Assembly: GCA_013239625.1 (NCBI GenBank)
Contig: MU056000.1
Location: 9,172,970-9,236,969 of the forward strand
Direction: 5' to 3'
Source of the DNA: Lama guanicoe
Taxonomy: Eukaryota
DNA length: 64,000 nt
The notes beneath the pieces are model-generated. The model saw only the letters and a list, made by a program, of their open reading frames with translations. It was not told where the DNA came from and ran no database searches. The position numbers and the translations under genes are program-made. This document shows positions 52,335 through 64,000 of the stretch, one piece after another. Position 1 is the stretch's first letter, and each line of letters starts with the position of its first letter.

Positions 52335-53073
52335 GTTTGACGTAGTATTGCTTGCTGATTTTTGCTTTTGTTGTTTATGCTTTTAGTGTTACTTCCCAAC
52401 ACCCCCAGGAAAGTCATTGTGAAGGCCAGTGTCCAGGAGATTCTCCCTTATGTTTTCTTCTAGTTTTCTGGTGTCAGGTGAATGTCATGTTTTAGTCTTT
52501 GATCCAGTTTGTGTTAATTTTTTTGTGAGCAGTATAAGATAGTGGCTTGATTTTGTTTACCTGCATATGTTTATGCCATTTCCCCAACACCATTTGTTGA
52601 AGAGACTATCATTTTCTCATTGCGTGTCCTAGGCTCCCATGTTGGACATTAGTTGACCATATACATGGACGCTTAATTCTGGGTTCTCTATTCTGCTTCA
52701 TTTTCTCATGTGTCTATTTTTATGCCAGTGCCACACTGTTTTAATTACTGTGCCTTTGTAATACAGCTTGCAACCAGGAAGTGTAATGCCTCCAGCTTTC
52801 TATTCTTTCTCTGAATGGCTTTGGCTTTTCAGGATTTTGTGCTTCCATACAAAGTTTAGGAATATAAATAGCAATACTGTATTATAATCATAAGACTGGT
52901 TAAGAGACTAGATTTTAATTATTTCCACCACAAAAAGAAATGATAATTATGTGACATGATAGAGGAGCTAATGCTGCAATGGCAATCATATATAAACATA
53001 TCAAATCAAGATGTCATACATCTTAAATTTGTACAATGGTATATATAAAATATATTTCAATTAAAAATAAAAA
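52335..53073 (+). mobile_element. 5'-inverted L1 (ORF2 piece on -, 52335-52860; 3'UTR plus A-tail on +, 52861-53073) with a degenerate TSD
   Basis: Antisense ORF2 (cccaacaccatttgttgaagagactatc; tttatgccagtgccacactgttttaattactg) abuts a sense 3'UTR. Flanks taacacgtatctaggtga (52317-52334) / taataggtacctagttga (53074-53091), 14/18 identical. Confidence 0.85.
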
Positions 53074-54374
53074 TAATAGGTACCTAGTTGAAATAAACTA
53101 TATTATGCCTTTTTACTACAAAAGTTGTATAAACTAACATTAGCAGATGACTTCCAGGGACTCTAGCCAACAAAGAATGTAGCAAGTCCACATGAGGCAA
53201 TGTGGACCATGAACACATGGGAAAACATTAGCTCAGTATTGACATGTCCCAAAACTATTTGATTTATCTTTAAAACTTTAATAAATCTGTTTTTGAGGCT
53301 TTCCTTGAAACTGAAACTGAATTATTGACATTAACACTCAGGAAATTATAGTGAGTCCTTGAATAAAGCATTTCCCTCATCGCAAACAAACTTACATATC
53401 ACTTATTAATAGATTCTTCTCCTTCACTGTGCATGCTACTCTATTTATCAATTAATTTTAAAAGTGAGATGTTTAATTAAGAATATTCTTTTTGCAAGTC
53501 TGAGCCTTGACTATTGCAAAGTGTAGAAATGACTCTATCTAAGAGCAAAAATTTTTAAGGATGCCTATGTATTCAAATCTGATGATTCTTGACTTAGCAT
53601 TATCATTATTTCAAATATTTCTATGAGTAATAAATAAGTAAAAAAATAATTTCTGTAATTCTTTATTATATCATTTTGATCAGAGTGTCTTTAAAATATA
53701 GTTACCTAGACCATTTCAAATGGTAAATAATTAACATTTAGTTTCACATTTCCAATCCCTCAATTTATTTTGAGGGGAGGAACAAAATCCAATTTTCTAC
53801 AGTTTTCACCTTGCAGTTTTTCCAAAGCTTGGGAGAAACTGTGTTGGTACATTAGGAAAAAAGAGCATACATTTTTTTCCTAATTTCTTCTCCTAAATTA
53901 GACTGAGGATTGCTTCCCATTGTATAATTCAAAATGATTTGGAATGAAAAGAAAATGTCCCATCATAATAAATGTATTTTTATTAATAACCCACTCATTT
54001 AATATACTGCTCAAATTTATTTTTGCTACAGAATGTGCTTTGATTTCTCTAGACCTGTGCCAAGTTACTGATAAATTGTCACTACATCTGCTGTTCCAAT
54101 GTCATTCCTCCCACATGCAAACTTCAAGATCTTAACTATCAATACACTAAAAGTATAATGCTGTTTTAACTTCAGTAGTGCTAAGTGGGGTCATGTTCAG
54201 TGGCCCCTCTGATCATAGCACCTTCTGTTCAGTGTACATACTTAGTAATGTTCAAATACTAAGTGTTGTAATAGGAAAGTTCTTCCTAGGAAATGATAGT
54301 ATAAAAGACAAACCCATAACACTTAGCATAGCTGCTAATTACTACCCTTGTTACATTAATCATACATAACATTG

Positions 54375-54535
54375 CACTAGAATCAGAAAATCAGAGAGTA
54401 TTAGAGAGGAAACACGTGATCATCTACATCAATCCAGTAATGTTACAGAAACTGAGGACCAGACATGAGAAGGGACTAGTCAAAGGGGACAAAGATTAGA
54501 ACATGAGTATCAGTTAAGCCAAACCTCTGTTTTTC
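54375..54535 (-). mobile_element. MIR (MIRc/MIR3-like)
   Basis: gatcatctacatcaatcc...ttacagaaactgaggaccagacatgagaagggact. Confidence 0.6.
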
Positions 54536-55399
54536 ACAAAGTCATTTATGAGTCCAGATGATTTTAAATATTTATATCCACTTTTTTTTCCATTAACCTA
54601 CAAACAAAATTATATCATAAGACCTTCGGAAATTTCAACAGTAATTGTGATATGCTCTGTGAAATATGAGCTTGTGATATTCCTGATAATGTGTAGTATT
54701 ATAAATAAGGTGGTTTTTATTGATATTTATTTTATATTTGTTGATGTTGAATTGATGTTTTGTTCGGAGATACACAGATCTAAACACTCTGTTGTATACT
54801 ACGATAAGCAACCTGCTGCTGATGCAAGAATTCTGTCCTAAGCAAAGACATGACGGATTGAAACTCATTGTCAATTGTTTGGCAGCTGCATAAGGCATAA
54901 CCCACAACTCCTATTTACACATATATGTAGGAGATGAGAGAATTTGAAAAACCGTCTAGATTTATTGTTTGCCATGTGCATGAAAATTGTTTGATTTATT
55001 TGGCACATAGCAAAATCATTATGTTTTTCAACATTATATTCTCCCCTGTGGTGCCCATTTTATAAAAGTTTATCTTTACTATATTGGAGATAGAGGGTTT
55101 TATACAAAGTCACACCCTGTGATAAACACTGTCTTGTATTCATGTCAATACGCAAATGTTTTATATTTCTTTTTGTTATATGGAACCATAAATTCTAAGA
55201 CATTAATTTGAAAGTGTCTAGCTGATTAGCAAAGCTGAGTCTACACTATTTGACCTTCATTGAAACAATACGTATACTTTATTTCTTCTATACCTAGGTA
55301 TCATTCTTTAATTGCTTATTCACTACACACACACAAACTGAATATATAATCTTGGTTTTACTTTCTGTGTTACTTATCAGCTCTTCTATATGGCTTGTT

Positions 55400-56040
55400 C
55401 TATATAATTGGCAGAATATTACATCAGATAATGCAGAATGGACTTTGCTTCCAAGTGTACCTGGTACATTTACTAAGATAGACTTCATGTCTATCAAGCC
55501 AAAAATAAGTGTCAATAAGTTAAAAGAAATTATATCATACAGAGTATTTCATACTCTCACCAAAATTAAATTGATTTTAAAATAAATAACAGTAAAATAG
55601 CTAAGCAAACCTCAAATCTAGTCTAAAAAAACAAGCACTTCTAAAAATGTGTGTTAAGGAAAAATTCACAAGATAATATTTGAAAGGATTATGATATAAT
55701 TAAATATATAATATAATAAGTATACAGAATGATAATAAAAATCAGCATAACAAATACTGTGGGATTCAGCTAAGACAGTACTTACTATGAAATTTGTAGT
55801 TTGAAGTATCTCTATGGGAAAGAAGAAATGTCCAAAATCCCTAAGATCCAAAACCTTGATGGAGCTGGAAAAGTATGAACAAAATACCCTCAGAATGAAT
55901 ATAAGAAAATAGACAATTAAGAGCAAGAATCAGTGAAAGTAAAAAATTGAATTTTGATTAAAAATTAATGAAGCTAAAAAGTTGATGTTTTGAGATTGAT
56001 AAAATTGATAAACCTTAAATAGACTGATTAAGAAAAAAAA
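55400..56040 (+). mobile_element. L1M ORF2 fragment (end of the endonuclease domain and downstream)
   Basis: gcagaatggactttgcttccaagtgtacctggtacatttactaagatagac; ctgtgggattcagctaagacagtactta; tgataaaattgataaacctt. Confidence 0.85.
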
Positions 56041-56565
56041 ATCTCTAGAGCAAGGTGTGCAAGGGGGAACATCTAAATAAAAATATGATGGTTAGCTCCT
56101 TTGATCTTCTTCTCTCCTTAACTTTTCACAGTTGTCTGCAGGTGAGTCCCATTTCTCTTATGACCCACCCTCTACTTAGAAGCAAATCTCCTGACTGATG
56201 ACGTAGGTGAGAGGCACCTTCTCCAGAGGCGAGGTTAACACTATGAGCCAAATCCCCTAGGGCAGGCCTTTAGTGTACCAACAGGAGCCAACCGATTCTG
56301 GAAAAATCTTTCCCCCAAATATAAAGAGGGCCTTAAAGTCACTTATTTTAATCTCAAAACCCTTTATAGTATTTCTGTAATATTTCTCCCAACTTCACGT
56401 AATCCTTATGCTCCTCTTTCTCTTTATATGAATTCAGTCTTTCCTAATCTTCAGCCTCTTCCCATCTACTCAATCCAAGAGAATAAACACAAAAAGCCAG
56501 TCATGGTGAGCCCACTGAAATGAAATTTTTATTATTAGAAAGGCAAAAAGAGAAGCATGTTGACG

Positions 56566-56615
56566 TTTAAAAAATGTATCCTCTTACAGAGAATTTAAAA
56601 AATGTATCCTCTTAC
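56566..56615. repeat. 22-bp perfect direct repeat separated by 6 bp
   Basis: tttaaaaaatgtatcctcttac (56566-56587), agagaa, tttaaaaaatgtatcctcttac (56594-56615). Confidence 0.95.
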
Positions 56616-57227
56616 TGTTGATGAAAAATACGAATACAGTTTTGAAGAAAAGAGTTGAAATAATATGGAATTTGAGGGAAAGGTAAGAAAATCAGGTTCC
56701 ATAGTTGTATATGTGGCAGTTTTTACAAATTTACTTGGAAAAGTAACAATTAAGAAAATAAAAAACCCAATATCAAGACTAAACTGTGCCTCTTCCCATT
56801 AGGCAATCTAATTTCTCAAAATAACATTAAAAAAAATCACACAATGACATCAGGAAAAATAGTATACAATCAATTCAACGAGGCGAAGTAATTCCAGAGA
56901 AGCTGCTGCTGGGATAAGCGTGTGAACATGAATCCTAAACTAAGGGTAGTCAGAGATAGTGAGTCTGTTGTAACCATGGTAACTTAATTTCTCCATACAA
57001 ATTAGAGTGGGTTGCTTGTTGTCATGTAAATAGTGATGAAAATGCCCATCCTTCCTGTTGGCACAGTGGGAAGTTAACATACAATTAAGTTCCATGAGAG
57101 CAGAGACTTTACCCCATTCATCCTTGTATTTTTAAGCCCATGGAAGAGTTCCTAGTTTAATGAGTCTTAACTTGACCACTGAATGAACAAGGTTTCTTTC
57201 CCTGGAGACAGAAGAAGTCATTGGTTT

Positions 57228-57475
57228 TATATTAGTTTTCTACCATTACTGTGTCACCACAGTTTTATTTGTGATCTCACAGCTCTGTGGATCAAATTTC
57301 TGACAAAGTTTTCACAGAGCTGAAATCAAGGTGTCAGCAAGGCAGTGTTCCTTTCTGATGATCTGGGGAGGGATCTTCTTGCAGGCTTTTCAAGTTGTTG
57401 GCAGAATTCAGTTCAGTGTGTTGGTAGCTCTCAGGTTTCCGTCTGCTTGCTGCTTGTCAGCCAGAGTTCACTCTC
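57228..57475 (-). mobile_element. MaLR LTR (MLT1E-like), partial
   Basis: tctcacagctctgtggatca...gctgaaatcaaggtgtcagcaaggc...ttcaagttgttggcagaattcagttc. Confidence 0.8.
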
Positions 57476-58609
57476 AAAATCTATAAAACCAGGCATGAGT
57501 GTATTTACAAAAGCTGTGGTAGTTTTCTACCATATTAGACTGGATGAATGAGAAACTAAAGTTAAGAGATTAAACATAGTATTTTTAAACATTAGATATT
57601 TTATTCATAGAATGCTCCAAGATAAACTTCGTATGTTAAGGTAGTTCAACTCATGTTTGGTTGTGAATGCTGCAAAGAAAGTACAGACTAAAATGAAGTC
57701 CAATTGACTCATTGGAGAGAGAGTTCAACATGGAATCAAATTGGCTTCTTTTTCTCCATACTGCCGTTTTTCCTTTCCCTTGCTCATGTTGGCTGTGCGT
57801 ATATACTGCTTTCATTTTTTAGTAATTTTTCTAATTATTTATTTATGTTACCAGTACTTTGGAAATTAATTCAGTTATACACAGACTTTTCCCTTCTTAT
57901 ATGACAGTATCAAAAGTTTATTCAAATACCGAATGGCACTGATTCAGTCCATTGCTACTGAAGCAAAGAGAAGATTGCCATCAGGTAATTTTTGATTTAT
58001 AATTCATTGTCATGGTAATAAAAATAATAATAATATACTTCAGGAAAATAGATGCAAGTGAAGAAGCACATTTTAACTACACGCTGGGTGTTCGCAATTG
58101 ATTCTCCAAGAACATCATTTTGTATGGATTCATGACAATAACCATCTGCTATAAATTTACGTGGAGAGTATTTGGGTGAATAGCGCTGCAAAGCGATTGC
58201 TCTAACATCAGACACTTCTCACAGAGGTGCACCGACGAGCATACAGTCACAGCACACTGGCCCCACACCACGTGCTGTTAATAAAACTGCGTTAAGCTTC
58301 ACTAATAAGAATGAGACTATTTTTTACAAAATATTAAAGAAAATTTGCTACATTTATCTAAGTGGAATAAATTTACTTGGAGTTATTATATTAAAATGTA
58401 AATGAATATGTACAGTCTTTAGCCTATTCAATTTCTTATGTGATCCAAAAATTATCTTACTGATTCTGTCTAATTTTATTGCAAAGAGGTAAAAATAGAG
58501 AAAAATACAATAGGATCTTCAGAGTCTTAAGAAATATTAAATAATAAAAACAAAAATAAATCATCAAAAAGCTTGCTAAATATACACAACTTTATCAATC
58601 ATATTGTTA

Positions 58610-59140
58610 TCTCATTGATTCCACAAGTATTATTGAGTGGTACTTTTCTGGAAATTGTGTATTCAGCATCATTCCAAAGAGTGGAAATACATGTTAGGGG
58701 GATCAGAACAACTAATAAACAGAATTAATAAAAATCATTGTATTAGATGATCTAAAATACTATAGAGATATTGAAAAAAAAGTAGGAGAATGGGATATGG
58801 ATTATGTTTATGTGCTTGAGAGTTGGAAGAGGGCACAATTATAAGCAGGAACCAGGGAAACCTGTGAATAAGACTTTCATGTATAAAGGTAAGATTTGTG
58901 AAATTCTGGGAAATGAATTCTAGGAAGAGGAAGAGCAAATGTAAGTAACTAAGATGAGAGGTTGCCTATGAAGAGCAAGGAGCTATAAAAAAAGGCAGTT
59001 TGTTAAAAAAGAAAAAAGAAAGAAAGAAAGAAAAAGAAATATCCAGTTTGGTTTGAATGGAGTAAGGGGAGAAGAGAGCAGTGATGTGCTGGTAAATTGA
59101 CAACCAAAAAAAAAAAAAGGAAAGGCCATAGTTTTTAGTG
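58610..59140 (-). mobile_element. L2 3' fragment
   Basis: ttccacaagtattattgagt; tctgggaaatgaattctaggaagaggaagagcaaatgtaa; ccagtttggtttgaatggagtaag. Confidence 0.7.
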
Positions 59141-59274
59141 TTTGTCAATTCCTTGCACCATGATTGATTTCAAGTTACTGCCATGATGTTGTGAAATAAG
59201 GAGATGGGATGAGATGAGCACTGCCAGCTCTCACGAGGCTGTTCCAGTGGCCAAAGCACAACAATCCAGCAGTA

Positions 59275-59940
59275 CCCAACAGGTACAATGAGATGTGTTC
59301 GACAAAACTAGTCATTAGGGAAATGAAAATCAAAACCACAATGAGAAACCACCTCACATCTTTCAGCATGGCTATTACCGACAAGACAAAAGATGGCAGA
59401 TTTGATGAGGATATGGAGAAAAGGGAACCCTTCTAAACTACTGGTCGAATTGTGGGAAAGCATATGGAGGTTCCTTAAAAAATTAAAAAAGGAACTACCA
59501 AAGATTCAAGAATCCCTCTTCTCGATACATAAACAAAGGAAATGAAATCAGTACTTCAGAGAGATATCTTCAGTCTTATGTTCATCACAACATAATTTTT
59601 AATAGCCAAGATATGAAAACAATCAAAGTGTCTTGGACAGATGGATGGATAAAGAAGTTATGGTATATATAAAGAGAGAGATCTAATGCACAATCTAGTG
59701 AACACAGATAATATTATTTTGTTATAATCATCAAAATTGCTGACAGACTAGAACTTAATTATTCCAACCACTAAAAAGAAATGATAATTACATACTGTGA
59801 TGAAAGGCTAGTTACGACTACAATGGCAATCATGTTATAATTTATAAACGTACCAAATTAACATGTTGTACACATTAAATTTACACAATATCGTCTGTCA
59901 AATACATTTCAATAAAAAATTTAAAAAATTAAAAAAATGT
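59275..59940 (+). mobile_element. L1MA9-like 3' end (ORF2 C-terminus, shortened 3'UTR, A-tail)
   Basis: tcattagggaaatgaaaatcaaaaccacaatgagaaaccacctcaca...ggagaaaagggaaccctt...aatagccaagatatg...aaatttacacaatatcgtctgtcaaatacatttcaataaaaaa. Confidence 0.9.
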
Positions 59941-60569
59941 AAAATCATTAAGTTTGCTTAGTATACACCATCCTCTGTGGCCTGACCCCATCTCTCTTAT
60001 CTCAGGTGTTGTCCCTCTTCCACTCACATTCCTTGTTGGAAATGGGACTGGCTGTACTTCTGAAAGGCATTTTTCTATTGCTGTTTATATTTGTTATTCC
60101 CATTATCTAAAGAGTAAATTCTTCCCTTACCTACATGGCTAACTCTTCTGCACCTGTGAAAACAAAAACTTTTTCAAGAAAAAAATACAAATTCTTGATC
60201 ATCTACTTACATAATACAAATAAAGGATTCTTAGTATTTAACATAAGAAAAACTTACAGTCAGTACTTCATATACGGGACACACTGGAAATTTGTGTCTC
60301 TATTTAAAACAGCATGCTAAGACCCAGGCACCATTTGTGCAAATGACTATTTCCTATAAACACCATGGTAAAAAATCTGGAACTTCAAAAATATATAAAA
60401 ATTAAGAGCATCCAGGCAGTATAAAAACTGAATTCATCCATACAGAAAAAACAAAAACAGGCTGGCTTAAGACTTGTTTTTGGCACATTAAGGAAAAAAA
60501 TGTATATATGTGTGTGTGTGTGTGTATATACACATTCTTAAATATATGTTTGAGTTTAATATGGTACCA

Positions 60570-61060
60570 GCAAAATGATGTTATCTATTAAATTATGCTG
60601 AGATAATTATTTAATCATATGGGAATAAATAAAAGCTTTACTTACATCAAACACCAGAAAAAATAACTGTACTTAATTTTAAAATCTAACAAGATTTATA
60701 AAAGAAATAAAATCTTACAAAAAAGAAAGACACAAATGAATATGAGCATACATTTAGAGGAAAGGATTCTTCAATAATCCACATGAGTAAAGTGTAAAAG
60801 AGAAAATGTTGATGAGTTTGACCAATAAAAATGAATGACATTTACATCATAAAAATAAACAACATTAAGAGGCAAATTACAAATTAAGGAAAAATGTACA
60901 ATACGTGAAGAAATGTGTTGATATATTTAATGTCTAGAGAACCATTTACAAATCATTAAAAGAACATCTCGCAATGTAAAATTGGACATAGTTTACATAA
61001 AAATGTGTTTCATAAATAAAAGCTTGATTTCAGTGAGAATAAGAAAATTATACCAGACTT
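60570..61060 (+). mobile_element. Highly decayed L1ME ORF2 fragment
   Basis: tgctgagataattatttaatcatatggga; cttacatcaaacaccagaaa; aagaggcaaattacaaattaaggaaaaat. Confidence 0.55.
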
Positions 61061-61457
61061 TATTTCCCACAACACTCACCATAGTATTGTAACTGATATC
61101 AATAAAATATTTCTAGTTGTTCCCCATGCCAGCGGCTTTGATGTCAGTCTTCACTGATCTAACATTTACCTAAATTTGTTTCCACTTGCTCAATAAAGTC
61201 TATGGTCTTAGAACTCAAGTAGATAAATCAAAACAACAGCATTCATAACATAGTATGCCCAAATTTAATTTGGAATTTTTATTAACCACTTTATCTTTCA
61301 TAACTATTGAATAAAGTGTGTCTCTACAGGCACAAGCTACATAATGTTCAAAATCCTAACAGAAAATAAGTGAAATAAAGTTGCTACAAATTTAAAGGTG
61401 GTTAATAGCAACATGAAACATGTTTTTAATTTAAACGGTATTTAAATCTTAGTCATT

Positions 61458-61936
61458 TATAGTAGGTCAAGTAATATCCACCAAAGATGTTCTCGTCCTG
61501 ATCCCAGAATCTGTGAATATGTTACCTTATAGGACAAAAAGATGTGATTATGGATTTTAAGATTAGATTGTGCTGGATTAACCAAGTGAGTCCAAAGAAA
61601 TCACAAGGTCCTCATAAGAGGAATGAAGGAGGATCACAGTCAAGAAAATATATGAGGATGTTGACAGACGTTGTAAATGAGAGAAGATGCTACACTATCG
61701 GCTTTGAACATGGGGGAAGGGGCCACGAGCTGAAGGGTATGGTGGCCTTCAAAAACTGGAAAGGGCAAGAGCATGAGATTCACATGGAGCCTCCAGAAGG
61801 AGCCAGGCTTGTCAACGCCTTCATGTTAGTCTAGTGAGGATGATTCTAGACTTCTGACTTCAGAACTGTAACATAAGCTGCGTTGTTTTAAACCACTAAA
61901 ATGCGATTTGTTAGAGCAGCATTTGAGACTATTACA
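61458..61936 (+). mobile_element. MaLR solo LTR (MLT1D-like)
   Basis: ccaaagatgttctcgtcctgatcccagaatctgtgaatatgttacctta...ggctttgaacatgggggaaggggccacgagc...gagcctccagaagga...gacttctgacttcagaactgtaa...ttgttagagcagca. Confidence 0.9.
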
Positions 61937-62044
61937 AGGTAATCTTTTAACTTTGAAATCAGAGAGCTTAACTTCAAAGTTGGACACATGATTTTAAACA
62001 GGACTTGTCTTGGATGTGGGAAACTCTTTATAAAGATGGTTCTT

Positions 62045-63332
62045 GGGCTTTTCATTTCAGACCTTAAATGTAAACTTTACAAGAAGATAAATAAACTGAA
62101 AATCAGTGAATTTCCTTAGATCTATCAGAGAAATGAGGAAACAGGGCCGGCTGCCACCTGTAATTCAGAGAGGGAGGTAGACACCAAGAATCACAACTAA
62201 GATCATCTTATCGGGAACAGAAGCTGCTAGAGCAAGTAGCTGGAATACGTAAAGGCAATTTTGATGAACTGCTGGTGGCTGAGAGCGGACTACTCTGGGA
62301 GTTAAGAATTCCTGGGGTCTCTGCCCTGTGAGGTCCCCATACGATCATGGCTTTTACCTACAAAAGCCCCACTGAGTTCTAACAGTGAAGAAGGGAGAAA
62401 AATTCCCCTCAGGTTTCAGGCAAGGTAGGGGAAAAGTAACCAGTTTGAAATATTCCCAGAGTGTTCTTCATACCAATGATCTACCTTCCAATGGAAGCTT
62501 CTTTACCAGAGCCTCACTAGACCACAGGGAGGGGCAGTCAAACAGCTCCTGCCCCCCTAGACTTCTGTCCCATATGGGGAAAAAACTCAAAGAAACACTT
62601 CTCTAGGTCTCAACCCCAGGACTCAGGGCCCCTACAGAAAAGAAAACTAAATTCAGCCATATATGCTTCCACCTCAGGAAACCATAGAATGAAGAGCAAC
62701 ATGAAAGTAAATAGAAGAAATAAAATGTTAAAATAAGAGCATAAATCAATACAATTGAAAACAGAGAGCAACGAGAAAAATCAGTAAAATCAAGACTAGT
62801 TTTCTGCAAAGATCAATAGTGTTTGTAAACCTACAGTGAGGATAACCAAGGGAAAAAAGAAGACACAGATTACTAACTCCCAAACTGAAGGCTATCAATA
62901 ATGATCCTATGGACACTAAAGGGATAACAGGAGAAGATTATGAAAATCTCCATGGTTACAAATCTGATAACGTCGGTGAAATGGACCAATTCCTTAAAAG
63001 ACACAAACTACCAAAACTTACAAGGAGATAAACATAAATTATTCTCTACGACACTGTAACAATGGATACATGATGTTACACATTTGTAAATATTCATAGC
63101 TATACAACCCAAAAAGGGGACTTTGTGTAATCTATGAACTTTAGTTAATGATAGCATATCAATATTCATTCATTAATTATTAACAAATATACTACAGAAA
63201 TGCAAGATGTTAATAATAGCTGAAACTGTGTGCCCTGGGTGATATATGGGAACTTTCTGTACTGTCAGCTCAAGGCTCAAATATTCTGTGAATACAAAAC
63301 TTTAGACTTAGAATAGTGCCTTAATTAAAAAT
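62045..63332 (+). mobile_element. L1MC-like element collapsed to 1.3 kb: 5' region, short ORF2 piece, 3'UTR
   Basis: 5' region 62045-62640; ORF2 62645-63035 (gcttccacctcaggaaac; aaagatcaata; gaaatggaccaattccttaaaagacacaaactaccaaaact); 3'UTR 63040-63332 (atggatacatgatgttacacatttgt; atgcaagatgttaataatag; tatatgggaactttctgtact). Confidence 0.8.
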
Positions 63333-64000
63333 ATGTACATTTCTGGATTCCTTTAAATTTACCTTTTATTGTAAAAAAGAAAAATAGAACTGATCATTTA
63401 CCTGGTGGTATCAATGCCCAAATTTTGGTGGCAGAAAACTTTCTCCTCTTTTAATGCATATGTAAACCCCATTCAATTTATGTATTTTTTAAAAAATCTT
63501 ATTAGTTATTAAATTTTTTTGGATTTTTTTTTACTGCTTCTACTGCCTGTTTTTCTATTTTTGTTCTTGGAATGTAAAATCATAGCCTTTTGCAACAGGA
63601 ACACTTTTTCTCAGTGGATTACACTGTAATGTAATTCTGGCTACTACTTACTAGAAAAAAAAAATCAAAGGAAATGAACCTAAATACTGATTCCAGAAAT
63701 GCATTTGGTGAGTGTGATTGGCTTGATTTGTGACGACAACTACCTTGCTTAAGCTCACTGAACTTAATTCGAACCGTATCTACAGACCCCAGTTTTTCCA
63801 TCAGTTGTGCTGAGCTGAAGCATCTGACCAGAGTTCTAAACAAGGCATTGTCTTTTAGAGAGGAAGGCGTTCTCCTCAGCCCTCAGGGAATTATCTTTTG
63901 AAGTGGATGTGGCAACAGCACTGAGGTAAAGAATTAAATGGAGGAAATGAGGCCACGCTGGGAAAAATGGAAAGAGAAAAATGTTCTGCAGACATAGCAG

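Noticed and set aside
53187..53208. 8-bp hairpin gtccacat-gaggca-atgtggac (similar ones at ~39082 and ~26342)
   Set aside because: Stems of 8-9 bp are expected by chance in 64 kb and have no supporting context.
4191..56615. Direct repeats (4191, 56566) as CRISPR-like arrays
   Set aside because: Each has only two copies, they are unrelated to each other, there are no spacer series or cas genes, and the DNA is mammalian.
1..64000. The many short ORFs (60-138 aa) in the supplied track as host protein-coding genes
   Set aside because: They are short, often start at non-ATG codons, are compositionally biased and frequently overlap repeats or microsatellites. None resembles a host protein I recognise. 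Only L1 ORF2 and MaLR remnants are interpretable.

Overview
This window is AT-rich, CpG-depleted, non-coding placental-mammal DNA, either a gene desert or the interior of a very long intron. Two tRNA-Ala-derived SINEs of the vic-1 type and two short L1 3' ends point to a camelid (alpaca/llama/camel) genome. I can support no host protein-coding gene, rRNA, functional tRNA or CRISPR array. The ORF track is noise apart from one LINE-1 ORF2 remnant (7580-7765) and one MaLR internal-region remnant (29339-29545). Much of the window is decayed transposable elements: L1, L2, MIR, ERVL/MaLR LTRs (MLT1, MLT2, LTR16, MER74) and hAT DNA elements, plus microsatellites. Repeat family names come from recalled consensus motifs and need RepeatMasker/Dfam confirmation, and boundaries are approximate unless a TSD is given. 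The best second-look items are a candidate recursive-splice site with an RS-exon (56101-56212), a 27-bp inverted repeat at an L1 truncation junction (42231-42295), two 5'-inverted L1s, two L1s that jump from the 5' region into the same ORF2 position, three candidate minus-strand exons, and several motif-dense non-repeat patches. I found no convincing novel biological system.
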